A stretch of DNA of 64,000 bases from the NCBI GenBank assembly GCA_963829055.1, contig CAWHHI010000003.1, forward strand, positions 192,001 through 256,000, in the 5' to 3' direction. The stretch is from an uncultured Gemmatimonadaceae bacterium (lineage in GTDB: Bacteria; Gemmatimonadota; Gemmatimonadetes; Gemmatimonadales; Gemmatimonadaceae). Shown here in pieces: positions 9,988 to 20,945 of the stretch. The position numbers and the translations under genes are program-made. The stretch's first letter is position 1. Each line of letters opens with the position of its first letter. The notes under the pieces are model-generated. The model had not been told where the DNA came from and made no database searches. It saw nothing but the letters and a program-made list of their open reading frames with translations.

Positions 9988-11115
9988 TCACGTTAGGCGC
10001 ACCGTACGCCGGAACGGAATCTCGATCGTCGCGCGCGTGCCGCCTGTCGGGGCGCTCGTGAGCTCGATGCGTCCGCGGTCGCCGTAGAGCTGACGGAGGC
10101 GGTCGCGCGTGTTCGCGAGGCCGATCTTCCCCGTGCCGTTCGAGCGACCATTGTCGCGAACGCCGTTGCCGTCGTCGACGATCGCCACCCGGAGCATCTC
10201 GCCGACCCGCTGCGCTTCGATCGTGATCGCGCCGCCGGATTCGCGCGGCGCGATCGCGTGGCGGACCGCGTTCTCGATGAGCGGCTGCAGGACGAACGCC
10301 GGGACGGCCGCCTCCCACGCGTCGGGAGTGACATCGATCTCCGTCCGCAGGCGATCGCCGAAGCGGACGTGCTCGATGTCGAGGTATTGCCGCACGTAGT
10401 CGATCTCGTCGGCGAGCGCGACCTCCTCGCGCACCGGCGTGGTCAGCGTCAGGCGGAGAAAATCACTCACCCGCGACAGCATCCGCGCCGCTTCGTCGTT
10501 CCGCCGTTCGGTCACGAGCGTCGACACGGCGTTGAGCGCGTTGAACAGGAAGTGCGGGTTGATCTGATAGCGCAGCGCCTCGAGCTGCGCGTGATGCGCC
10601 GCCGCCTCCGCCCGGAGCGACCGCTCGCGCTCCGCCTGCAGCGCGACGTAGTACCGGATGCCGATGTAGAGCACGCTCCACGCAAGCATCGTGAACGCGT
10701 TGTACACGGCGCCGTTGAACATCTGAAAGGCGTTCCGGTACACGGGCGTTCGAAGCGCAAAGGCCGCGTTGATCGGAACGGCGAGCAGGTTGTCAGCCGC
10801 GGTCCAGATCATCGACGCCACGTACGACGCGATGACAGCGACGACGAGGAGCGTGATGAGCGGAGTGCCCCGCCTGATCAGTGGCCGGTAGAGGTACCGG
10901 AGTCCGAGGCTGATCGCGAAGCCGGTGACCATGAGCGTGCCCTTGGACACCACCATGAAGCGCAACGGGAATATCCCGATGCGCGAGAACGTCATGGCGA
11001 TGCCGTACGCGAGCCATCCACTGGCGTGCAACAGCCAGAACGATGGCAGCGGTTGCCCTTCACGCGGCGCCGACACGAGGGGAGCGGCCCTATGGCCCGA
11101 ATCGCCTGCCATCAA
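9988..11115 (-). CDS. LytS-family sensor histidine kinase
   Basis: Multiple TM helices; QINPHFLFNALN, LQPLIENAVRH, DDGNG, IGLAN. Confidence 0.93.
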   Translation of the reverse strand: MMAGDSGHRAAPLVSAPREGQPLPSFWLLHASGWLAYGIAMTFSRIGIFPLRFMVVSKGTLMVTGFAISLGLRYLYRPLIRRGTPLITLLVVAVIASYVASMIWTAADNLLAVPINAAFALRTPVYRNAFQMFNGAVYNAFTMLAWSVLYIGIRYYVALQAERERSLRAEAAAHHAQLEALRYQINPHFLFNALNAVSTLVTERRNDEAARMLSRVSDFLRLTLTTPVREEVALADEIDYVRQYLDIEHVRFGDRLRTEIDVTPDAWEAAVPAFVLQPLIENAVRHAIAPRESGGAITIEAQRVGEMLRVAIVDDGNGVRDNGRSNGTGKIGLANTRDRLRQLYGDRGRIELTSAPTGGTRATIEIPFRRTVRLT

Positions 11116-11142
11116 CAGCTCTGCGCGAATCCACTAGACGCG

Positions 11143-12366
11143 TCAATCCGTCGGGTTCCCGGGCAGCAACGGCTCGAGCGTCGGCGCTTCCGCTCCCTTC
11201 TCGGTGCATAACGCGAACGTCTTCTCGCCCGAGCCGTACATCGCGACGCCGGCGTGCTGCCCCTTCTTGTCGAGCACGAAGAAGCGGATGTTGAAGTTCG
11301 GCAGGCCCCGCGCGTTGAGGAGTCGCGTTTCCACGGTGTTGGCCCGGATGCGCTTGAGCGCCTCCATCCCGGCATCCTTCGGATGCATGCCGCGTCGCAT
11401 GCTTTCGACGATGAGATACGACGAGAGGTTGTAGAGATTCGCCTCGCCGCGCCCGGTGGACCCGGCGGCACCGACGTCGTTGTCGACGTACAGGCCGGCG
11501 CCGAGGATCGGCGAATCGCCGACGCGGCCGGGGATCTTCCACGCGAGGCCGCTCGTGGTCGTCACGCCGCAGATGTCGCCGTTCGCGTTGATGCCGTTGC
11601 AGTTGATGGTGCCCCAGAACGTCCCTTCGGGGATGAGACCGTCCGTCACCATCGACCAGCCCGCATCCAGCGCGCGGCGACCGAAATCACGCCGCGAGAC
11701 AGCGTCGAGAGCTCGGCCTCACCCGGATCCTTGTCGTGCTTGTCCTTCTTCGCGAACCCGCTTCGACGGATCGAGCCAGTGCTCGGGGTCCATGCGGCGA
11801 CGCCACTCGAGCCACAGACGCCGCGACTGCTCGGTGTTGAGATCGGCGTCTATCGAAAAGCCGAGGGCGCGCGCGAAGTCCTGGGCGCCTTTGCCGGCGA
11901 GGAGATGATGGTCGGTCTGATCCATCACGGCCTGCGCGACGAGCGACGGCGTACGCACGCCCTCGATGGCGGCGACGCCGCCAGCCCGCCGCCTGGGGCC
12001 ATGCATGCACGACGCGTCGAGCTGCACGACACCTTCGGCGTTAGGCAGCGCGCCGTACCCGATGCCGGTCTCTTCGGGGTCGAGCTCGGGGATGTTCACG
12101 CCGGCGATGAGCGCATCGAGCACGTCCTTGCCTTCCGTGATGAGACGGAACGCACGCTCGACCGCGCACTCGGGGCCGCCGTTCTTGAACTGAATACCGC
12201 TCGCGTCGGAGATGACGAGCGGCCGTACGGCGCCGCGGATCATGACCTCGGGCGCGGCAAATCGTCCTGCCGCGATGCGGCCTGTTGACAGCGGAGCCGC
12301 GGCAGCGATGCCGACACTGGCGGTGGCTCGAACGAAGTCGCGGCGATTGATCGGGTCTGTGCTCAT
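11143..12366 (-). CDS. Tat-exported Ntn-hydrolase of the glycosylasparaginase/isoaspartyl peptidase family (indel near 11700)
   Basis: NRRDF Tat motif; IGYGALPNAEGVVQLDASCM, TTTSGLAWKIPGRVGDSP, TGRGE. Confidence 0.9.
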
Positions 12367-12475
12367 GGGATGTCGGGAGGGAGACGATGCCATTATCGGG
12401 CGGTGCGCGCTGGCGCGCTACGGGTGGCCCTTACGTTGCGTACGCTCGAACCCGATTCTCACGCAACGACCGCCG

Positions 12476-13504
12476 ATGACATCAGTGACCATGGACTCGT
12501 ACGTGCTCCGCAATACGAATGGCATGACCGTCCGCTTCATCGCGTACGGTGGGAGCGTCGTGTCCATCGAAGTTCCGGATCGACACGGCACGCTCCGCGA
12601 CGTCGTGCTCGGCTACGACTCGCTCGACGGCTACGCCAACGACCGACGTTATCTCGGCGCCCTCATTGGCCGGTACGCGAACCGGATCGCGCGAGGCCGG
12701 TTCACCCTCGACGGTCGTGTTCATACGCTGACGATCAATGACGGTCCGAATCATCTCCATGGCGGGCGCCGAGGGTTCAACAAGGTGCCGTGGGAGGTCA
12801 CGCCGGTAGAGGACGGCGCGACAACCGGCGCTCTGCTCACGTACACGAGCGTGACGGGCGATGAGGGCTACCCTGGGACGATGTCGGTCAGCGTCATCAT
12901 CACGCTCACCCCTGACAACGCGTTGATCTTCGACTACGCCGCGGTTGCCGACGAGCCCACGCCCGTCAACCTGACGCACCACGGCTACTTCAATCTTGGC
13001 GGACACGACTCGGGCGACGTTCGCGCGCACGAGTTGACCATCGCGGCGTCGCGGTTCACGCCGGTCGATTCGGGACTGATCCCTACGGGCGAGCTTCGCG
13101 ACGTCAGCGGGACGCCGTTCGACTTCAGAGAACCGCGGGTGATCGGCGCGGCGCTCGATGTCGCTGACGAGCAGCTGCGGATTGGGGGTGGCTTCGATCA
13201 CAACTTCGTGCTCGACCGCGGCGATGGAAATGAGGATCCCACGTTCGTCGCACGCCTTCACGACCCTGCGAGTGGACGCGTGCTGGAGATTTACACGACC
13301 GAGCCGGGCCTGCAGTTCTATTCCGGCCAGGCGCTCGGCGGCGTGATCGGGAAGGGGAATTTTACGTACGGCGCGTACGCCGGCGTCGCGCTGGAGACGC
13401 AGCATTTCCCGGATTCGCCTAACCAGCCGGCATTTCCGTCGACGATCCTGCGGCCCGGCGAGGGGTTCACGTCGCGGACGATCTACCAGTTCTCGATGGT
13501 CTGA
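12476..13504 (+). CDS. galM: Aldose 1-epimerase (mutarotase)
   Basis: GRYANRI, NHLHGG, NLTHHGYFNL, LETQHFPDSPN. Confidence 0.95.
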   Translation: MTSVTMDSYVLRNTNGMTVRFIAYGGSVVSIEVPDRHGTLRDVVLGYDSLDGYANDRRYLGALIGRYANRIARGRFTLDGRVHTLTINDGPNHLHGGRRGFNKVPWEVTPVEDGATTGALLTYTSVTGDEGYPGTMSVSVIITLTPDNALIFDYAAVADEPTPVNLTHHGYFNLGGHDSGDVRAHELTIAASRFTPVDSGLIPTGELRDVSGTPFDFREPRVIGAALDVADEQLRIGGGFDHNFVLDRGDGNEDPTFVARLHDPASGRVLEIYTTEPGLQFYSGQALGGVIGKGNFTYGAYAGVALETQHFPDSPNQPAFPSTILRPGEGFTSRTIYQFSMV

Positions 13505-13522
13505 GTCGAGGCCGAGGGAGGC

Positions 13523-13778
13523 CGGAGGGCGGAGGGCGGACGGCGGACGGCGGCGGGCGGATGGCGGAGAAAAAACGTGTCAATCCCGAGCGGCAGCGAC
13601 TTGTCATCCCGAGCGGCAGCGAGGGATCTTCTCGAACGGCATCGTGGCTGACCGGCCACGAGTACTTCACGCGAGATCCCTCGCTGCCGCTCGGGATGAC
13701 ACCGTCGTTTCTTCCGCCCTCCGCCATCCGCCCTCCGCCCTCCGCCATCCGCCCTCCGCCGTCCGCCGTCCGCCGTCC
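13523..13778. repeat. Composite palindrome: GGCGGAN heptamer array, REP-like hairpin (13602-13701), inverted TCCGCCN heptamer array
   Basis: Read directly; TGTCATCCCGAGCGGCAGCGAGGGATCT ... AGATCCCTCGCTGCCGCTCGGGATGACA. Confidence 0.9.
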
Positions 13779-13799
13779 TACGGCCTCCTTCCTACGGCC

Positions 13800-15297
13800 T
13801 CACTGAGTCCCGCCATCAGGCGCAGCAGCCCGTCCTGCGTCGCCTGCGCCTGCGTCACCTCGCCGACGATTCGGCCCGCTCGAAGCACGAGGATGCGCTG
13901 CGACAGCGTCAGGACTTCGGGCAGCTCGCTCGAGATCAGGAGGATCGCCGGCGCCCTGATTCGCGAGCTCGCCGATCAGTCCGTGGATCTCGGCCTTCGC
14001 GCCCACGTCCACGCCGCGCGTCGGCTCGTCGAGGATGAGCACGCGCGACTTCGCGGCGAGCCACCGCGCGAGCACGATCTTCTGCTGATTCCCGCCCGAC
14101 AAGCCCGGCGACGACCGTGTCGAGCGACGGCGCGCGGACGCGAAGCCGGTCGAAGAACTCCTGGCCACGCTCCGCTCCTCGCGCCGGCGAAGCCAGCCGA
14201 ACCGCGCGAGCCGACGCAGGATCGCGAGCGACAGGTTGTGCACGCCGCTCTCCTGCGGCACGAGCCCCTGCCGCTTCCGGTCCTCCGGCACCAGCCCGAT
14301 GCCTAACGCGATCGCCTCCGCCGGCGTTTGCCACGCGCGCGGGTTGTCCCGCCAACCACGATCGTCGCCGCGCCTGAACGGGATCCAGGCCGAACAGCGC
14401 CTGCGCCAGCTCGGACCGGCCGGCGCCGACGAGCCCCGCGATGCCCAACACCTCGCCGGCCCGAAGCGAGAACGAGACGTCCTCGAACTTCCCGGGCGAC
14501 GACAGCCCCTCGACGCGCAGCAGCTCATCGCCGACGACGACACCCTCGCGCCGCGGCACGTACTCGGCCAGCGGACGCCCGATCATCATCTGCACGAGCT
14601 CGTGCTCCGACAGCCCGCCGATGGGCCGCGTGCCGACGTGCTGGCCGTCGCGCAGCACGCTCACCGTGTCGCACAGCTGGAAGACTTCGGGCATGCGATG
14701 CGACACGTAGATGCACGCCACGCCGCGTGCGCTTGAGGCGGCCGATCAGCTCGTACAGACGATCCGCTTCGACCTGACTGAGGCTGCTCGTCGGCTCGTC
14801 GAAGATGATGATCTTCGCGCCACCGCTCACCGCCATCGCGATCTGCACCATCTGCTGCTGCGCGATCGTGAGCGACCCCACCGGGCGCCAGACGTCGAGC
14901 GTCGTTCCGATCTCGGCGAGCATGGCGCCGGCCCGCTGACGCCATCGCGTCGCGGTCGAGCAGCCCGCCGCGCGACGGCAGCGACCCGAGGCAGAGGTTC
15001 TCGGCGACGGACAGGTTCTCGCAGAACGCGAGCTCCTGGTGCACCATGCCCGACGCCGGCGGCCAGCGCGTCGCGCGGGCTCTCGAAGTGAACCTCGCGG
15101 CCCTGAATGAACAGGCGGCCGGAGTCGGGCGTGTGGATGCCGGCGAGAATCTTCCCCAGCGTGCTCTTGCCCGCGCCGTTCTCGCCGCATAACGCGTGGC
15201 ACGACCCGTCGGCGATTTCCAGCGACACGTCGGTGAGTGCCTGCACGCCTGGAAATCGCCGAGTGATATTCTCGAAGCGGACGGCCGGTTCGGTCAT
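13800..15297 (-). CDS. Sugar ABC transporter ATP-binding protein, RbsA/XylG-like (several indels)
   Basis: [57 protein letters not shown]. Confidence 0.92.
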
Positions 15298-16366
15298 GCG
15301 ACGCGTGCGCCCCTTACATTCTTGAGGTACGCGTCAGGCACGTCGGTGAAGCCCCACGCCTTGAGCTGGCGCGCCCACTCGCCGAGGTTGTCCTTCGTGA
15401 CGCGCACGAGATCCATGGGGATGATGGTCGGCACGTCCTTCTTGTTGATCACCTTGTCGACGATGGTGTTCACGCCGACGTAGCCCCACTGGTACACGGA
15501 CTGGGCGAGCAGCACGGGCGCGATGCCCTTGTCCACGTACACGAGCTCCGAGCCTAACGCGTCGACCGACGCGATCTTGACGCGCTTCGGATCGAGGTCG
15601 TTGACGAGCGACGGCGTGAACAGCGCCCAGCCACCGATCATCGCCCAGCCCTGGATGTCCGGGTACGCGTTGCCGACACGCACGACTTCCGCGGCCGCGT
15701 CCTGCGGCGTCTCGACGTGGTTGAACGTGCCGAGGATCTGGATGCCGGGCGTCTTCGCCGCTTCTTCCTTCACGCCCTGCACGCGGTGCTGCAGGTTCGG
15801 CGCGTTCTGATTGCCGGCGAGGATGGCGATCTTGCCCTTGCCGTTCAGAGCTTCGCCAGCTCCGCCATCACGAGGTGACCCGTCTTCACGTCGTCGACGC
15901 CGTAGAACGCGAACCGCTTGGACTGCGGGCGCGTCGCTGTCGAACGTCATCACCGGGACGCCACGATCGACGGCGTCGTTGATGGCGCCGGTGACCTTGC
16001 CGGCGTCGGAGCAGGAGATGAGGATCGCGTCGGCGCCGTCGTTCACGGCCTGCTGGATGCGCTGCGCCTGGACCTGTCCGTCTTCCTGCGGCGGCGTGAG
16101 CCAGTTGACGCGGATGTCCTTGCCCGGTCTTCGCGGACAGCTCCTTGGCCGCCGCCTCGGCGCCGGTGCGCGCGGCGAGGAACACGGGGTTCGTGGAGCT
16201 CTTCGCGATCATCGCGATCGTGAACGTGTTGCCCTTGGCCGTTGGGGCCGCGGCAGTCGTCTGCGAGTCGGCTTTCTTCTCCGATCCGCCGCCGCTGCAT
16301 GCGACGGCCGCGGTTCCGAGGGTCATCACCAGTCCAGCCCAGCGAACGCATTCGGGTCATCATCAT
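15294..16366 (-). CDS. Sugar ABC transporter substrate-binding lipoprotein (indels)
   Basis: AVAC lipobox; [36 protein letters not shown]. Confidence 0.88.
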
Positions 16367-16649
16367 TTGCAAGATCCTCTCAGGAACGCTGTACCGTCGC
16401 GCCTAACGTCTTGGTGAATCTGCCATCTAAGACCTGAGGGGCGAACGGATGCGCGGATTCGACTGATTGATCCCGGGACGGGACCTGCCATCCCGAACGG
16501 CATCGATTGTCGATCCCGAGCGCCATGCTCACGAGGAGTCCTCGTGGAATCAGCTCGTGGCGTGCCACCTCCCGCAGTGACATTCGCGAAATCCGTCGCA
16601 TCGCCGTTGGGATGCACTAGTCATCGCCGACGCTCGTGCCGTCGAGAAG

Positions 16650-17703
16650 TCAAGCCGCCGCCCGCGCGCGCTCCGCCGCTCGACTCAGTCGACGCGCGGT
16701 GAGGCGCGTACTCCACTGGTCCACCACCACCGCGATCACGATCGCACAGCCGATCACGATCCACTCGTAGTTCTGGTCGAAGTGCAGCGTGCGAATCGAT
16801 TGGCGGATCAGCACGATCAGCAGCGCGCCGAGCATGGCGCCGAGCGCGCTGCCCTTGCCGCCGAGCAGACTCGCGCCGCCGACGACCGCCGACGCGATCA
16901 CGTACAGCTCGTACCCCTGCGCGTCGCCTGACGAGACCGAGCCGTAGAAGCTGCCGCCGAGGAACGCGGCCAGCCCCGCCGTGAGTCCCGACACCGCGAA
17001 GACTCCGATCTGAATCCGCGAGAGCGACAAGCCCGGCGAAGCGGCTCGCCTCGAGGTTTCCGCCGAACGCGAAGATCCGGCGGCCCATCGTCGTTCGCGT
17101 CAGGTAGATGATCCCGAGCACGGTCAGCACGATCATCGACAGCATGGGCACCGGATACAGCCCGCCACCGAGACCTAACGATGCCTTCGACACGGCCGTG
17201 AGCGGCGCCGGCACGAGGATGCTCTCGGCCTTGGTCGCCACGAACGCGATCCCGCGCAGCACCCACATCGTGCCGAGCGTGATGATGAACGGGTGGACGC
17301 GAAGTCCGACGACGAGCGCGCCGTTCAGCACGCCACACGCGAGCCCGACGCCAAGGCAGACGAGGAGGCCGAGCAGCGTCGTGGCGGTGGCGCCCATCGG
17401 GCCGGCGCCGCGGAGGAAGAGCGCCATCGCCACGCCGGAGAGCGCGTAGATCGACCCGACCGACAGATCGATGCCGCCGGAGATGATCACGATCGTCGCG
17501 CCGATCGCCATGATCGCGAAGAAGCTCGCGTCGGTGGCGGTCTGAATCAGCGTGTACGAGTTCCAGAAGTTGTTCACCACTGCGCCCGTCTGCCGGTCGG
17601 GATGCGAGCCGGCGAGCGCCGTCAGCGTGATGGTGACGATGACGAGCACGAGAACGAGTCCGATTTCCTGTGAAGCGAACAGCCGTCGAACAACGTGGCG
17701 CAT
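16650..17703 (-). CDS. Sugar ABC transporter permease, RbsC-like (indel near 17030)
   Basis: SGGIDLSVGS, HPFIITLGT, GGNLEASRFAG, YELYVIASAVVGGASLLGGKG. Confidence 0.93.
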
Positions 17704-17733
17704 CTACTCTGGTGGGGTGCGTCATCCGAGGCG

Positions 17734-19275
17734 TCAGCCTCGGTTGTCATCCTGATCCGGCAGGCGACGGATGACGCAGTGCGCGGTACGATTCCCGGAA
17801 CCGGTCGTACGCGCTCTGGTAGTCTCCGTGCGCCCGCGAATCTGGCTGCTCTGACGGCGCCTCGGGTAAGGGTTGCGCGCGCCGCCGCTCGCAAGATCCG
17901 GAAAGGCACCCGCCCCGACCGCCGCGAGCAGCGCCGCCCCGTACGCCGGACCCTCCTCCCGGTTCACCGTGCTGACCGGCACTCCGTACACATCAGCCTG
18001 CAGGCGCCGAATGAACGGGCTCTTCGCGCCGCCGCCGGTGAGCAGCAGGTCGTTCGGGCGACAGACCGAGCTCCTGGAGGATCGACAGCGAGTCGCGGAG
18101 CGCGAACGCAATGCCTTCGAGCAACCGCGCGCGTCATGTGCGCTCGCGAGTGCGCGAGGCTCAGTCCGAGAAACGCGCCGCGCGCCGACGCGTCGCGATG
18201 TGGCGTCCGCTCGCCCTGCAGGTACGGCAGGAACGTCACCCCATCGGCTCCCGGGCGGAACGCTCGCCGCTTCCGCGTCGAGCATCGCGTCCGCATCCGG
18301 CGAGCCGACGCGAGCTCCCGCGCGAGCTGGTCGCGATACCACGCGAACGCGCCGCCGGCCGAGAGGACCACACCCATGACGTACCAGGTGCCGGGCACCA
18401 CGTGGCAGAAGGTGTGAGCGCGCAAGCCCGGGATCGACGAGCGGCTGCGCCGTCGGCGCGAGCACCGTGCCGGATGTGCCCCAGCTCGCGACCGCGTCAC
18501 CAGGCGTGATGACGCCGACGCCCGCCGCACCGCACGCGTTGTCCGCGCCACCGCCAACCACCGGCGTGCCCTCCGCGAAGTCCCGTGGCGACGCGCGGCG
18601 TCGGGCGTGACACGCCCGAGCACCTCGGACGAGCCACCGACGTCCGGGCAGCAGCGCTGCGCGGGACGTCCGGCCGCCGGAGGATCTCGTCGCTCCAGCG
18701 GCAGCCGAGCGGGGTCGAACATGAGCGTGCCTGACGCGTCGGACGGCTCGCGTGGCGAGCGTACCCGTTAGGCGGTAGCGGATGAAGTCCTTCGCCAGCA
18801 GCACGGTTGCGACGCGTGCGTACGCGTCCGGCTCGTGCGTGCGGAGCCACAGCACCTTCGGGCAGCGTGAACCCCTCGAGTGCCGGGTTGCGCACCCAGT
18901 CCCGCAGCCGTCTCCTCCCCGCCCGCTCGCCGCGTGATCTCGGCGCACTCGTCCGTCGTGCGCCCGTCGCACCAGAGGAGCGCCGGCCTAACGACGTGCG
19001 CCCGCGCGGTCGAGGAACACGGACGAGTGCATCTGCCCGGAGATGCCGACCGACGCGACGCTGCGCGTCAGGCTTCGCTGCGCCAGGACCTCGCGAATCG
19101 ACTCGCATCGTCGCGTCCCACCAGCGTCCGGATCCTGTTCGGCCCAGCCGGGTCGCGGCGTGGACAGCGTGAGCGGCGTCGTCGCGGCGGCTACGACGTC
19201 GCCGGAGGGCGCGACGAGGATCGCCTTGACGCCGCTCGTGCCGATGTCGAGCCCGAGAAACACCGACTCGGCCAC
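17734..19275 (-). CDS. xylB: Xylulokinase (many indels)
   Basis: [59 protein letters not shown]; directly downstream of xylA. Confidence 0.92.
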
Positions 19276-19276
19276 G

Positions 19277-20453
19277 TCAGCGGACTCCGAGCAGCAGCTC
19301 CATCGTCAACTGATCGAGCCGCTCGTACGCGTAGCCGCGGTCGCGCAGGGCGTCGAGGTCGAACGGCTGATCCTTGAGCGTGCGCGCAGCGTCGGCGGAG
19401 TAGCGTGACGCGTTCGCCGGCCGTCGCGCCGCGCTCGCGCAGATCGGCGAGGAGCGCCTGGATTTCCGCGATCGGCGTTGAAGCGCGCGACCTTCTCTCG
19501 AGAATGAGGTAGGTGCGCATGCTGCCGCGCGCGAAGTCCCACACGCCGGCTTCGTCTTCGGTGCGATACGCGTGGCTGTCGAAGTGTCGCATGCCATGCC
19601 ACTTCGCGTCCTCGAGCAGCTTCACGAGGAAGAACGCCGCCTTCGGGTCCTCGCTGCGCGAATCGCAGATCCTGATCGAAGCGGCCGGGCTTCTGACCGT
19701 TCAGGTCGATGTGAAAGAGCTTGCCTGCCTCGAGCGCCTGCGCGACGCCGTGTGAGAAGTCGAGCCCGGGCATGGTGTCGTGCGCGACTTCCGGGTTGAG
19801 GCCCACCATGTCGGGGTGGTCGAGCGTGTAGATGAACGCGAGCATGTGGCCGATCGTGGGCAGGAAGATGTCGCCGCGTGGCTCGTTAGGCTTGGGCTCG
19901 AGCGCGAAGCGGAGATCGTACCGCTGCTCGCGCACGTACTCGCACAGGAAGTTGATCGCGTCGCGAAACCACTTGATGGCTTCCTGCGGATCCTTGGCCG
20001 CGTTCGTCTCGACGCCCTCGCGCCCGCCCCAGAACACGTAGGTCGCCGCGCCGAGCTCGACGCCGAGGTCGATGGCGCGCATGGTTTTCTGCAAGCGCGT
20101 AGCCGCGCACCTGGCGGTCGTTGCTCGTGAACGCGCCGTCGCGGAAGACCGGGTCGCCGAACAGGTTCGTCGTGGCCATCGGCACCTTCACGCCCGACTC
20201 GGCGAGCGCTGCCTTGAACTCGCGAACGATGCGATCGCGATCCGAGGCCGAGCTGCCGCGCGGCACGAGGTCGTCGTCGTGGAGATTCACGCCGTACGCG
20301 CCGAGCTCGGCGAGCTTCGGTGACGATGCGATTCGGGGAGATCGCCGGCCTAACGGGATCGCCGAACGGATCGCGACCGACGTTGCCGACGGTCCAGAGC
20401 CCGAACGTGAAGTGGTGCTCCGGGCGGGGGGTGTAGGCGTCCTGTGCGGTCAT
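19277..20453 (-). CDS. xylA: Xylose isomerase, class I (short Actinobacteria/Thermus type; indels)
   Basis: [57 protein letters not shown]. Confidence 0.95.
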
Positions 20454-20519
20454 CCTGGGTACGTCGATTTCAGGTGGATCGATTGCTCGCGGATAAGATG
20501 TGCGTCTTCCGGGTTCAAC

Positions 20520-20928
20520 GCATCATCGCGCCGGGGCCGGTGGGAACTGCGATTGGGCGGATCTGTACTGCGAAACTGCCGGATACACCTTTGCATTCGC
20601 GGCATCGTTGCGCTGGGCCGGTGGGAACTGCGATCTCGCGGATGACACGGAAGAAGCAGGATAGCGCCCCGTAGGGGCCGGCTCCGCTCGCAACGAGCCG
20701 GGATTTCTTGGGAACGGCCGCTCGGGACGCCGGCGTCTCCCGAGCGGCCGTTTCCATTGTTCAATCAGAGTCCGGCGATGAGCCAGCGTCAATGCAAAGC
20801 CGTATCCGGCTGTTTTCCGTGTCATCCGCAAATCGCAGTTCCCACCGACCGCGGCGCGATGATGTCTGAATGCAAAGCGGTACCGATCCGCCCAATCGTA
20901 GTCCCCACCGGCCCCGGCGCGATGATGC
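20520..20928. repeat. Modular palindromic intergenic element, copy C (two units in each arm)
   Basis: About 43-bp terminal inverted repeats with two mismatches (CATCATCGCGCCGGGGCCGGTGGGAACTGCGATTGGGCGGATC); same central hairpin. Confidence 0.93.
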
Positions 20929-20945
20929 CTGTACCGGGAATGCAC

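Noticed and set aside
13800..20453. Mass pseudogenisation or programmed frameshifting (xylose locus, susC, amidohydrolase and others)
   Set aside because: Breaks are single-base indels with catalytic motifs intact and are spread over unrelated genes, typical of unpolished long-read consensus. It needs read-level confirmation.
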